IMG/VR virus record: IMGVR_UViG_3300034522_000037
Coordinates: 1 to 40,964 of that record
Direction: 5' to 3' (one strand)
DNA length: 40,964 nt
DNA from: a virus
The stretch's first letter is position 1; every line of letters begins with the position of its first letter. This document shows, one piece after another, positions 14,657 to 22,640 of the stretch. Below the pieces are notes generated by a model that saw only the letters and a program-made list of their open reading frames with translations, had not been told where the DNA came from and made no database searches. Both the position numbers and the translations under genes were made by a program.

Positions 14657-17217
14657 CAGTCGCTCCCATCAGTCAGAGACGCGCCACGCCGAACGGCGAG
14701 CGGGTCGGCCATCATCAGCGGCACAAAGTCGCCGCGCATTTTCGCCATCACCTGGTTGGCCAGCGCTTCGCTGGTTGCATGGTCGGCCCCGTTGACTTGG
14801 ATCTGAGGCGCGAAAGTGATCTGCCGGTTGTCCGCGTTGGTCACCGCGGCCGCGACCTCGTCAGGGCTGCGCAGTCGGTCGACCGCCGAGCCGGCCATGC
14901 CGCCCAGCGCGCCGCCCGCTTCGCTGCCCAGCCACGCGCCAAGCGCACCGCCGAGCAGGCCACCGATGGCGGTGCCGATAATCGGCACCATCGAGCCCAC
15001 CGCAGCGCCTGCAGCAGCACCGGCCCACATGCCGCCCATGCCACCGGCCGTCGAGCCGATTGATCCGCCGAGGTCTTCACCGTTTGAGTCGGGATCAGCA
15101 ACCACCTGGCCAAGCTCTATAGCGCCGGCCGCCAGCATCAGCGCGCCGCCGCCTTTCATGCCCAGGCCCATGCCGCCACGGCCTGCCCGACCGCCAGCGC
15201 GCCCACCCTTGCCGGCGCGACCACCGCCGCCAGGGCCAACGCCACCAACGCCCAGGCGGGCCATGGCAGCGTTCAAGCGCATGACCGCAGCGTCGGCCGT
15301 CATCGCCGAGCGCGTGGTGGTGGCATCCAGCTTTACGCGCGCCAGGCCGGCCTTGTTGAACGCCTGACCGACCAGCAGCCCGGCAAACTTGAGGCCCAGC
15401 GCGCCGACCTTCATCGCGGCCAGGCCGCCACCAACTACCGCGATAGCGCCGGTTATCGACGGGAACTCGCGTGCGGCCCAGCTCAGCCCATCGACCAGCG
15501 CGCCCAAGGGGATCAAGACAACATTCAGCGCCGGCAGCATTGACTCGCCGACCAACGTCGACAACTCGACCAGCTTGGCCGTGAAGGCGTTCCAGTTGGC
15601 CCGCGAAGTGGCCGCCACACCTGACGCCTCGTCCATCATCGAGCTGCTATAGCTCGCCTTGTCGGACACGGTAGCGAACGCTTTCTCGACCGACTCGAGG
15701 TTTTGCAGCAGCGGCATGATCGCGCCAATCGACTCAGAGCCGAACAGCTGGGTGGCGAGCGCGGATTGCTCCTCCTCGGGCGCAGCTTTCAGCGCCTCGA
15801 GCACCGTCTTGATGGTGGCCGGGGCGTTCTGCTGCATGCCCAGGGCCAACTCCTCGGGATCGAAGCCGAGCTCCTCCCAGGTCTCGCGCTGGCCCTTGGT
15901 TGCTGCCTTGCCCTTGGTCAGCGCGCCGAGGAAGTTCTTAAACCCGGTACCGGCGATTTCCTTCTCGGTGCCAGGGTTGAGGAACGCCGCAGCAAGGGCC
16001 GCGCTCTGCTCAGGCGCAAGGCCAGAGGCCTGACCTATCGCGCCATAACGCTTCGTTACCGCCGCAATCTCGGGCGCTTTGGCGTTGAAGCCGCTATTGC
16101 TCAGATGGTTGGAAGCGTTGGCGAGGTTCATCGCGCCGGCCTGGTCCAACTTCATCGAGGCACGCCAGCCGGCCATGGTCTCGCCGGCTTCTTTGGCTTC
16201 CATGCCAAACGCCGAGGCCATGATCGCAGCGTCGCGCGTAAAGCTGATGATCTCGGCCTGCTTGCCAGCAGCGCTAAGCCCATCGCCCACACCAGACTGA
16301 CCAGCCGCTGCTTGGATCTGCGCCAAGTCGACAGCTGTCAGGCCACCGGCGGCGATCTCTCGCTCGCTGGCCATGCGCAGGTTGGCGTGCGCCATTTCCT
16401 TGCGCTGCTCGCCCTCGAAGTTCACCACCTTGGCCACATCGGCCATGGCTACTTCGAGATCCATCGCCTGGCTGACCGGCTTGGCCGCCAAGTAACCGAT
16501 AGCAGCGGTCTCCATGACCTGCCCGCGCAGATCCGCACGCGCGCCGCGGTTGGCGTCGATGCGGCCCTGGGCGGTGCGCACGGCATCGAGCCGCGCACGC
16601 TGCGACTGCAGGGCGGCGTTGGCTTGTTCCGTGGCGCTCTCTAGGCGCTTCTGCTCGGCTGCCAGCTGGCCAGTGTCCACACCAGCCTTGGTCAACTCGG
16701 CCTGCAGACCCTTGAGCTGGTTGCGCTCAGCCCGCTGCGCCGCTTCCAGGGTGCGCAGGCTGGCGGTGTTCTTGTCCTGCGCCCCGTCCAGGCGCTTGAC
16801 CTCGGTCGTGGCGCTGGCCAGCTCTCGCCCGAGCCGGTTCTGCTCGATGCGCGCCGCCTTCACCTGGGCCGTGGTGGCTTCGGTCGAGCCCTCCAGGGCC
16901 TTGGCCGAGGCCGCGGCCTGGGCATACTCCTGCTCGAGGCGCTGCACCTGGGCCGCAGCGGCCTGGTGCGCCTTGCCCAGGCTGACCTGCTCGACCTTGG
17001 CCGCCTGCAGGGCGGTCTTGGTCTTGTCTAGCTTCTCGGTCAGCTTGCTGTAGCCGTCGGCCGAGCGGGCCAGGCGGTTGAGTTTTTCCAACTCGGCGCG
17101 CTGGCCCTTGATCTCGTCCTGCAGCTTGTCGGCTTTCTTCGAGAAGTCGCCGAACGTCTTCGAGTAGGCGTCCACGGCGGCCAGCCGTAGCGAGTACTTC
17201 GACTTGGTGTCAGCCAT
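14656..17217 (-). CDS. Tail tape measure protein
   Basis: 853 aa with an N-terminal coiled coil, a central hydrophobic/Gly-rich region and a Gly-rich C-terminus. It lies immediately downstream of the frameshifted chaperone pair. Confidence 0.85.
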   Translation of the reverse strand: MADTKSKYSLRLAAVDAYSKTFGDFSKKADKLQDEIKGQRAELEKLNRLARSADGYSKLTEKLDKTKTALQAAKVEQVSLGKAHQAAAAQVQRLEQEYAQAAASAKALEGSTEATTAQVKAARIEQNRLGRELASATTEVKRLDGAQDKNTASLRTLEAAQRAERNQLKGLQAELTKAGVDTGQLAAEQKRLESATEQANAALQSQRARLDAVRTAQGRIDANRGARADLRGQVMETAAIGYLAAKPVSQAMDLEVAMADVAKVVNFEGEQRKEMAHANLRMASEREIAAGGLTAVDLAQIQAAAGQSGVGDGLSAAGKQAEIISFTRDAAIMASAFGMEAKEAGETMAGWRASMKLDQAGAMNLANASNHLSNSGFNAKAPEIAAVTKRYGAIGQASGLAPEQSAALAAAFLNPGTEKEIAGTGFKNFLGALTKGKAATKGQRETWEELGFDPEELALGMQQNAPATIKTVLEALKAAPEEEQSALATQLFGSESIGAIMPLLQNLESVEKAFATVSDKASYSSSMMDEASGVAATSRANWNAFTAKLVELSTLVGESMLPALNVVLIPLGALVDGLSWAAREFPSITGAIAVVGGGLAAMKVGALGLKFAGLLVGQAFNKAGLARVKLDATTTRSAMTADAAVMRLNAAMARLGVGGVGPGGGGRAGKGGRAGGRAGRGGMGLGMKGGGALMLAAGAIELGQVVADPDSNGEDLGGSIGSTAGGMGGMWAGAAAGAAVGSMVPIIGTAIGGLLGGALGAWLGSEAGGALGGMAGSAVDRLRSPDEVAAAVTNADNRQITFAPQIQVNGADHATSEALANQVMAKMRGDFVPLMMADPLAVRRGASLTDGSD

Positions 17218-17220
17218 GCC

Positions 17221-17424
17221 CTACCCCTTTTGCTTTACGCCCAGGCGCGCCATGGCCAGCTCGTAGCGGCGCAGCCCTTTTCCGGCGTCCCACTCCAGAA
17301 TCTCCGCTTCGCTTACGTGGTAAACGAGCGGCACGACATCGAGGATTACTTCGATGTCGCGCTCGGAAAGTAGGCCGCCGGCTTGTTCAAAAAAGCGTGC
17401 AGGCGCTCCTGCAGCTGCGTCCAA
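17221..17424 (-). CDS. E-prime-like extension, expressed only as a -1 frameshift fusion with 17346..17912
   Basis: From FFEQAGGLLSERDIEVILDVVPLVYHVSEAEILEWDAGKGLRRYELAMARL the frame resembles the P2 GpE family tail. It becomes contiguous with the upstream ORF after a -1 slip on TTTTTTG. Confidence 0.7.
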   Translation of the reverse strand: MDAAAGAPARFFEQAGGLLSERDIEVILDVVPLVYHVSEAEILEWDAGKGLRRYELAMARLGVKQKG

Positions 17425-17912
17425 TCGGGGATGCTCAGGCGCAGCACCTCAACCGTCGACAGGCCGGTGCAATGCGCGCTGATAAAGTCGGTGCGCTCGT
17501 TTTCGGTCTTGAGCTTGCGCATGACCTTGGTCGCCTTCATCGCCGGCACCTGCAGAGCCAGACGGTCAACCGTGCGGCCGATGGCCTTGATCGGCACCAG
17601 GAGCGGTGCGTCGTCAGGATCCTCGGGCTTGCGGCCCAGGAAGTAGCTGGCCGGCAGGTTCACGTACTCGTGCATGCGCGTGACCAGGGCCACGTAGTCG
17701 GGGCGCTTGATCTGCTCGAGCACGCCGACCGGCAAGCCGGTGGCCACCAGCAGCAGGGCCTCGAACTGTTCTTCTTCATCGGTGCCGACACTGGCCAGCG
17801 CGGCGCGGTGCTCCTCGACAGTGAAGGCGCGCAGCTCGATGGTGGTCAGGATCTCGCCGCCCTCGAGGGTGACGGGCCAGCGCAGGGGATGCGGTTCGGG
17901 TTTCCAGCTCAT
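17346..17912 (-). CDS. Tail assembly chaperone (P2 gpE / lambda gpG analogue)
   Basis: 188 aa, located between the tube and tape measure genes. The slippery heptamer lies near its 3' end (...HAFLNKPAAYF). Confidence 0.7.
   Translation of the reverse strand: MSWKPEPHPLRWPVTLEGGEILTTIELRAFTVEEHRAALASVGTDEEEQFEALLLVATGLPVGVLEQIKRPDYVALVTRMHEYVNLPASYFLGRKPEDPDDAPLLVPIKAIGRTVDRLALQVPAMKATKVMRKLKTENERTDFISAHCTGLSTVEVLRLSIPDWTQLQERLHAFLNKPAAYFPSATSK
17388..17394 (-). promoter_or_regulatory. Programmed -1 ribosomal frameshift site (TTTTTTG)
   Basis: The minus strand reads gct ttt ttg aac in frame 0. A -1 slip gives ttt ttt gaa caa gcc = FFEQA, which is the sequence of the overlapping 17221..17424 frame. 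Confidence 0.7.
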
Positions 17913-17935
17913 TGCGGGGATTCCTTACAGACACG

Positions 17936-17958
17936 AAAAAGCCGCCCGCAGGCGGCTT
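17936..17958 (-). terminator. Hairpin with T-run after the tail tube gene (attenuator)
   Basis: Minus strand: aagccgcc-tgcg-ggcggctt followed by tttcg. It lies between the tube stop (17976) and the chaperone start (17912). Confidence 0.6.
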
Positions 17959-17975
17959 GGTTCGAGGGTTGAGGG

Positions 17976-18482
17976 TTAAACCATCAGGGCCAGGCGGCGC
18001 GCGCCCTTGAGCAGATCCACGCCGTTGACGACGACCTTTTGGGTGCGCGTGTCGATGTCGATCACCGGCACGCCCATTTCCAGGCGGGTGTAGGTGCGCA
18101 GGGCGATTTCCAGCACGGTGACCGGCTTGTCGCCCATCTTGAGGGTCTTCTCCTCGAGCTTTTTCAGCTTGCCGCCTTGCACGTGGTAGGTGAACCACTC
18201 GTTGCCGTCCTGGTCTTCGCCGGCCTCCTGCACAGTCAGCAGGATTTCGTCGCCGCCGCTGACGCCCAGGGCCGCCATGATCGGCAGGCCGACGCCCTGC
18301 AGCGTCAGCTTGCCGGTCAGGGCTTTCATGCCGGTGGCCATCTCCTCGGGGATGTAGCGGCCCCCGCGCATCTCCTCCATATCGAACTCGATCGCCGGCG
18401 GATCGTAGTCTTCGATAGTGGCGTTAAGCGGCAGACCCTGCAGGGTCGCCGTGATGATCTGCCGCACTCGGTTGGTAAACAT
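17976..18482 (-). CDS. Contractile tail tube protein (P2 FII-like)
   Basis: 168 aa, directly after the sheath gene. The motif pattern ...EFDMEEMRGGRYIPEEMATGMKALTGKLTLQG... is typical of the FII tube family. Confidence 0.75.
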   Translation of the reverse strand: MFTNRVRQIITATLQGLPLNATIEDYDPPAIEFDMEEMRGGRYIPEEMATGMKALTGKLTLQGVGLPIMAALGVSGGDEILLTVQEAGEDQDGNEWFTYHVQGGKLKKLEEKTLKMGDKPVTVLEIALRTYTRLEMGVPVIDIDTRTQKVVVNGVDLLKGARRLALMV

Positions 18483-19648
18483 CAGAGGACGTCCTCCAGG
18501 AATTCTTCGATGATCGCGTCAGACGCATTGAGCTGGTAAATCATGTGCTCGTTCGGGGCATAGCGGCCGTAATCGATGCACAGGTACCAAGTGCCGTTTT
18601 TGTACTTCTCGACGCTGTTCAGCTCGGGGTGCAAGTACACCTTGCCGCCCGGGATGGTCTCGTCGGCGACCAGCGTCTGCAGCCAGTCGTCAATGCGCTT
18701 GACCTCCTGCTCCATGAACGACTTGGTCAGGTTCTTGGCCATGACCTTCTGCGCCGCCTTGACCAGCTTGCGGGTGATGGCGTCCTCGAGGCCCACGTAG
18801 CTGATGAACTTGCCGGTGATCGTGCGGTTACCGATCAGCGAGAAGCCGCCCAGGGTGGTGCGCGCGTAGTAGCTCACGCCGTAGCGGTTGAGCAGGTCGC
18901 CCTCGGTCGACTTGTCGAGGATGTTGTACTCGACCACGCGCGAGACGTCGGCCGCGTAGGTCACCTGGTTGCCCGGGCTTTCCCACTGCTTGACCGCTGC
19001 CAGCGCGGCGATCGCCAGGCTCGAGGGCGGCAGGAACACGTTGGCCTTGGCCGCCTTGGAGTAGACCGCCGGCATCTGGTGGACCATGTAGCCCCGGTCG
19101 TAACCCAGCTCGGCACCGCCGATCGACTCGGAGTTGGTCACCTGGCCGGAGACCGGCACGTCGAGCCCGTCGAAGACGAAGCGCGCGCGGATCCGCTTGC
19201 CCAGGCTGGCCAGCTCGCTGTGCACCGCCTGCGCGTCGGAGAAGCCCGGGGCGCCGATGATGGTCGGCAGCTCCTGGCAGGTGGTCAGCGCCTGCAGGCC
19301 GGTTTTCTGGCCCGACTCGAGGTCGATGCCGCCGATCACGTTGCTCAGCGTGTCGGCCTCGAGGGCGCCCTCCTCGACGACCACGACATAGATCGGCACC
19401 TTCACCACCTTGAGGATCTGGTGCACCACCTGGTAGAGCGTGCCCGCCTCGGCGCCGGTCGGATCCAGCAGCGCAGCCAGGGTGTAGCTGTTGATGCGAA
19501 ACGGCGCATTGCGCGGCACGCTCATATCCGCGTTCGGCGCGGTACCGACCAGGCCGACGACATTATCGCCAAGCCCGCCCATTGCCTCCGGCGACTCGGT
19601 CGTCTCGACCGAAACGCCGTTGTGCTCGAAATTGGTTACCTCGGCCAT
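18482..19648 (-). CDS. Contractile tail sheath protein (P2 FI-like)
   Basis: 388 aa with aaggag 6 nt upstream. Size, position upstream of the tube gene, and the N-terminal GVSVETTESPEAMGGLGDNVVGLVGTAP pattern fit sheath proteins. Confidence 0.8.
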   Translation of the reverse strand: MAEVTNFEHNGVSVETTESPEAMGGLGDNVVGLVGTAPNADMSVPRNAPFRINSYTLAALLDPTGAEAGTLYQVVHQILKVVKVPIYVVVVEEGALEADTLSNVIGGIDLESGQKTGLQALTTCQELPTIIGAPGFSDAQAVHSELASLGKRIRARFVFDGLDVPVSGQVTNSESIGGAELGYDRGYMVHQMPAVYSKAAKANVFLPPSSLAIAALAAVKQWESPGNQVTYAADVSRVVEYNILDKSTEGDLLNRYGVSYYARTTLGGFSLIGNRTITGKFISYVGLEDAITRKLVKAAQKVMAKNLTKSFMEQEVKRIDDWLQTLVADETIPGGKVYLHPELNSVEKYKNGTWYLCIDYGRYAPNEHMIYQLNASDAIIEEFLEDVL

Positions 19649-19650
19649 GG

Positions 19651-19857
19651 TTACTCCTTAGCGGCGGTTTTCTTGGTGGCAGCGGCGGCGGGCGCCTCGG
19701 CCTCGGTTTCGGTGGCGGTCAGCTTGATGCGGCCGGCGCGCAGCAGCTGCTGCGCCTCGACGTCCATCAGGTCGAGCTTTTCGCCCTTGTTCGCCCAATG
19801 GCCGCCCCCCTTGGGGAATGCGACGAGGACGGTGTAGCTCTTACGAAGTGCAGGCAT
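19651..19857 (-). CDS. Small protein preceding the sheath gene
   Basis: 68 aa (MPALRKSYTVLVAFPKGGGHWANKGEKLDLMDVEAQQLLRAGRIKL...). Only the last 68 codons of the 295-aa track ORF are used, because the rest overlaps the RT gene out of frame. Confidence 0.5.
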   Translation of the reverse strand: MPALRKSYTVLVAFPKGGGHWANKGEKLDLMDVEAQQLLRAGRIKLTATETEAEAPAAAATKKTAAKE

Positions 19858-19946
19858 GCGGAGTGCTCCAGGCGTAAAAAAACCGCTTTCGCGGCGGTGG
19901 GTTGCGGTAGGTGTGCAGCAGGCCCTGGTGGCCGGGTGGCCATCGG

Positions 19947-21053
19947 TCAGGCGGGAGCCGGTAGTGCGCTCGCTGCCAGCGGCGGCGAAGCGCGAGCATG
20001 AGGAACAGGAGCATCGAGACCTCCAGACGATCGCGTAAGAATCAGATCCGCCAGCACCCCCTCCACCGTCCTCTGCGCCTGGCAGTGCTTGCTGTAGGCC
20101 AGGAAGCTGTTCACGCGTTGGCGAACGTGCTCCTGATCGATCAGGCCGGCGCGGTATTGGGTGGCCAGCTGCCGGAACGATGCTTTGGCGCGTTTGATGT
20201 TGCGTTTGCGCGGCAGGATGTGGGTTGGCCAGATGCGGTAGCCACAGAAGTCGAGACCGCGCTGCCAGGGATGGATCGCGGTCTTGGGGTTCATCGCCAG
20301 GCATAGGCTGTTGGCCGTGGCGGATAGCGCGCGCATGGCCTCGGCGGCAGCAGCCTTGTTCGGCAGTACGGCGATGAAGTCGTCCATGTAGCGCACGTAA
20401 TACTTGATGCCCAGCTGATCCTTCGCAACGTGGTCGAGGTGGTTCAGCAGGACGTTGGCGCCGAGCTGGCTGGTCAGCGCACCGACCGGCAAGCCGATGC
20501 CAGCTTCGTGGCCGTAGCCTGCGATGATCTGGCGCCACAGCCAGAGGGCGTCGGGGTCGCGCACGGTGCGCTCGATCTCGCGCAGCAGCGAGGCGTGGCG
20601 GATGCTGGAAAAGAAGCGGCTGATGTCGGCCTTGAGTACGTAGCAGCCGTCGCCGTGGTTGCGCTTGGCCACCCGCAGGAAGTGCTGCGCCCTGGCGACA
20701 GCCGCTTGGGTGCCTTTGCCGACGCGACAGGCGTAGGAGTCATGGATGAATTTGCGCTCGAACAGCGGCTCGACCACGCGAACAAGGGCGTGATGAATGA
20801 CGCGATCGGCGAAGGGCGGCGCCTGAATCAGCCGCAGCTTAGGCTCCTTTACAACGAATTCGCGCTGTTTGCCGGGTCGCCAGCTCTTCCACAGCAGGTG
20901 ATTCTGCAGGTTGACCAGATTCTCCTCAACGTTGGCAGAGAAGCGCAGCACCGAGCCGCGCTCGCGCTTGCCGCGCCGGGCTTCCAGGTAGGCGGCGTAA
21001 AGATTCTCGAAACTGGTGATCTGGCCCCATAGGCCAGCGGTTGTAACAGGCAC
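19947..21053 (-). CDS. DGR-type reverse transcriptase
   Basis: 368 aa with a GTG start. RT motifs are present: KLRLIQAPPFADRVIHHAL, YVLKADISRFFSSI, IGLPVGALTSQLGANVLLNHLDH (LGxxxSQ, DGR hallmark), YVRYMDDFIAV (YMDD box), LDFCGYRI. It lies immediately 3' of a template repeat and an Avd-like gene. Confidence 0.9.
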   Translation of the reverse strand: MPVTTAGLWGQITSFENLYAAYLEARRGKRERGSVLRFSANVEENLVNLQNHLLWKSWRPGKQREFVVKEPKLRLIQAPPFADRVIHHALVRVVEPLFERKFIHDSYACRVGKGTQAAVARAQHFLRVAKRNHGDGCYVLKADISRFFSSIRHASLLREIERTVRDPDALWLWRQIIAGYGHEAGIGLPVGALTSQLGANVLLNHLDHVAKDQLGIKYYVRYMDDFIAVLPNKAAAAEAMRALSATANSLCLAMNPKTAIHPWQRGLDFCGYRIWPTHILPRKRNIKRAKASFRQLATQYRAGLIDQEHVRQRVNSFLAYSKHCQAQRTVEGVLADLILTRSSGGLDAPVPHARASPPLAASALPAPA

Positions 21054-21219
21054 AGCAGAAACCTTACCTCATGCGAGGGATAGGGCAGGCGCCGCCGCAT
21101 TGGCCGAGGCTACTAGCCGCGACGCCCTGTAAATCTTCGACAACACGGTCTGGACAAAGGCCCCAAAGGAAACGCACTGGACGCCGGCCCGTGAGCCTGG
21201 CGCCTTCTGGCGGTAATCG
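21054..21219 (-). ncRNA. DGR spacer region between TR and the RT gene (part of the template RNA)
   Basis: 166-nt non-coding gap in the position of the Sp region of the Bordetella BPP-1 DGR RNA. The role is inferred from position only. The 87-aa track ORF across TR and spacer is not considered real. Confidence 0.5.
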
Positions 21220-21331
21220 TTTGCGAGGCGGCCGCCGATGTTCGTGTTCGCGTTCGACGCGGCGTTGTTGACGTTCAGATAGAACAGGCCGGCGTTCGAG
21301 CCGTTGCCGTAGTTGCCACCGTAATAAGCCA
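21220..21331 (-). repeat. DGR template repeat (TR)
   Basis: 21220..21322 aligns without gaps to 22648..22750: 91/103 identical, and all 12 differences fall at TR positions that are A on the minus strand. The conceptual translation is Asn(AAC)-rich: GGNYGNGSNAGLFYLNVNNAASNANTNIGGRLA. Nine further nt (to 21331) are homologous but carry two non-A mismatches. Confidence 0.9.
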
Positions 21332-21344
21332 TTGCCCAATGTTG

Positions 21345-21698
21345 CTATTTGCGTGTTGCGGCGCCCTCGTGCTTGATCCAGGCGCCGACGATGCGGCCGA
21401 TCTCGTTGACGTGGCGCATCCAAACATCGAGGCGCTTGGTGCTGATGTAGCTCAAGCGGTGCGCCTTGCGGATCAGCCCGCGACAGACCTCCAGCTCGAC
21501 GTCCAGGTCGAACAGCGCGGCGGTCTTCTGCTTGCGCTTCCAGGCGACCACCGTCAGCCGCAGCAGACGGTTGATGGTGGCGCGCAGGTCGGCGCAGAGC
21601 AGATGCCGCTCCAGTTTCGGGAACTGGTGCAGCACGGTGTGCGTGTAGGCGTCCAGCTCCTCGAGCTTGGTCAGCAGGACCAGGTGCGCATCACTCAC
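21345..21698 (-). CDS. avd: Avd-like accessory variability determinant
   Basis: 117 aa from the GTG at 21698, which overlaps the upstream stop (GTGA). It is helical and basic. The C-terminus NEIGRIVGAWIKHEGAATRK parallels BPP-1 Avd ...EVGRILGSWIARVNRKG. It ends 13 nt before the TR homology. Confidence 0.75.
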   Translation of the reverse strand: MSDAHLVLLTKLEELDAYTHTVLHQFPKLERHLLCADLRATINRLLRLTVVAWKRKQKTAALFDLDVELEVCRGLIRKAHRLSYISTKRLDVWMRHVNEIGRIVGAWIKHEGAATRK

Positions 21699-22003
21699 GG
21701 CAGCGGCTTCCCCTCGTCGTGCTCGATGCTGCGTTCGCAGTGGCCAGGGTCGAGCTTGTCGAGCAGCTTGCAGAGCACGCAGCCCCACCGCTCGCCGCCT
21801 TTCGCGGCCTTGGCGGCGCGCGAGCTGATGGTCTCGTCCTCGTCGCCGCCGAACGCGGCGTTCGCCAGCTGGTCGTGCGCGATGGCGAGTTTCCAGGCGC
21901 GGTCGCTGCCGGCCAGTACGGCCAGCAGCATCCAGGCGCTGGCGACGATCCCGGCCAGGGCGCAGAGCAGCCACAGGCCGATCATGCGCAGGCGCTTCAC
22001 CAT
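21695..22003 (-). CDS. Small membrane protein of unknown function within the DGR/fibre cassette
   Basis: 102 aa. It has an N-terminal TM helix (MIGLWLLCALAGIVASAWMLLAVLAG) and a Cys-containing C-terminus (WGCVLCKLLDKLDPGHC). It is translationally coupled to both neighbours. Confidence 0.55.
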   Translation of the reverse strand: MVKRLRMIGLWLLCALAGIVASAWMLLAVLAGSDRAWKLAIAHDQLANAAFGGDEDETISSRAAKAAKGGERWGCVLCKLLDKLDPGHCERSIEHDEGKPLP

Positions 22004-22569
22004 GTGATGCCCTCCAGCTCGGCCGGGGTGGTGGCGGCCTCGATCTGATCTTCTGCGGCCTGGCGGCGGCCGATCAGTGCGCCGCTGTGCTCGGCGTAGG
22101 CCTGCATCTTGGCCGCGACGCGGCCAGCCAGGTCGATGACGGTCAGCCCACGGGCGGCGGCGATGGCATCGAGCAGCGGCACGGGGGTATCGGCATCGAG
22201 CGCCAGGGCTTCGGCTTCCTTGACTTGCTGCGGCCAGCTCTTGACCTCGCCCTCGGGGTACGGCGCCGCCAGGGCGGCGAGCGAGGCCTCGCAGTGCTGG
22301 TTGATCTCAGCGAGCTTGCGGGCCTTGGCGTCGCGCAGCGCTTCGGTCTCGGCGGCGGGGTAGTCCAGCGCGCCCAAGTATTCGGCCTGCTGCGGATCGC
22401 AGGCGGGGACCTCGCCGGGCTGGCCCGGCTGATCAATCGCAACGAACAGGCCGTTATCACGGTACTCGGAAGGCACACGCCAGGCGCGCACCACCGCATC
22501 GGTGCCCAGCAGCGGCAGGTTGACGCTGACAGCGCCCACGATCAGCACGGCGTTTTCGATCTTCATCAT
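21997..22569 (-). CDS. Tail-fibre accessory/assembly protein (DUF4376-like C-terminal domain)
   Basis: 190 aa. AKARKLAEINQHCEASLAALAAPYPEGEVKSWPQQVKEAEALALD...PLLDAIAAARGLTVIDLAGRVAAKMQAYAEHSGALIGRRQAAEDQIEAATTPAELEGITW resembles the domain I remember from phage fibre accessory proteins. It lies directly downstream of the fibre gene. Confidence 0.5.
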   Translation of the reverse strand: MMKIENAVLIVGAVSVNLPLLGTDAVVRAWRVPSEYRDNGLFVAIDQPGQPGEVPACDPQQAEYLGALDYPAAETEALRDAKARKLAEINQHCEASLAALAAPYPEGEVKSWPQQVKEAEALALDADTPVPLLDAIAAARGLTVIDLAGRVAAKMQAYAEHSGALIGRRQAAEDQIEAATTPAELEGITW

Positions 22570-22586
22570 TTTGCAAAACTCCTAAA

Positions 22587-22613
22587 GGGGCGCCCGCTCG
22601 GCGGGCTGGCCCC
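22587..22613 (-). other. GC hairpin downstream of VR (candidate DGR target-recognition hairpin and/or terminator)
   Basis: ggggcgcccgc-tcg-gcgggctggcccc: a 5-bp cccgc/gcggg core stem extended by ggggc/gcccc across an asymmetric internal loop. It lies 34 nt 3' of the end of TR/VR homology, between the fibre stop and the next start. Confidence 0.55.
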
Positions 22614-22640
22614 GTTACATGACTCAGGTGACAGGATTCA

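Noticed and set aside
19651-20538. 295-aa ORF overlapping the reverse transcriptase gene in another frame.
   Set aside because: The N-terminal ~225 residues are Arg/Pro-rich nonsense antisense-frame text over the RT gene. Only the last 68 codons (from ATG 19857) look like a gene.
19947-21053. Interpreting the reverse transcriptase as a retron, a group II intron, or an Abi/DRT-type defence RT.
   Set aside because: A cognate TR/VR pair with adenine-only differences and an Avd-like gene are present, and the LGxxxSQ segment is DGR-like. No msr/msd-like inverted repeats or intron RNA domains were noticed around it.
21069-21332. 87-aa ORF (MAYYGGNYGNGSNAGLFYLNVNNAASNANTNIGGRLAND...) that resembles the fibre C-terminus.
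   Set aside because: It is the DGR template repeat read in the fibre frame. It lacks a convincing SD, and it continues into the spacer with non-protein-like sequence. Treated as template RNA, not a gene or pseudogene.
21345-21974. 209-aa version of the avd ORF.
   Set aside because: The upstream 92 codons are Arg-rich and overlap the membrane-protein gene. A GTG at 21698 overlapping that gene's stop gives a 117-aa Avd-sized helical protein.
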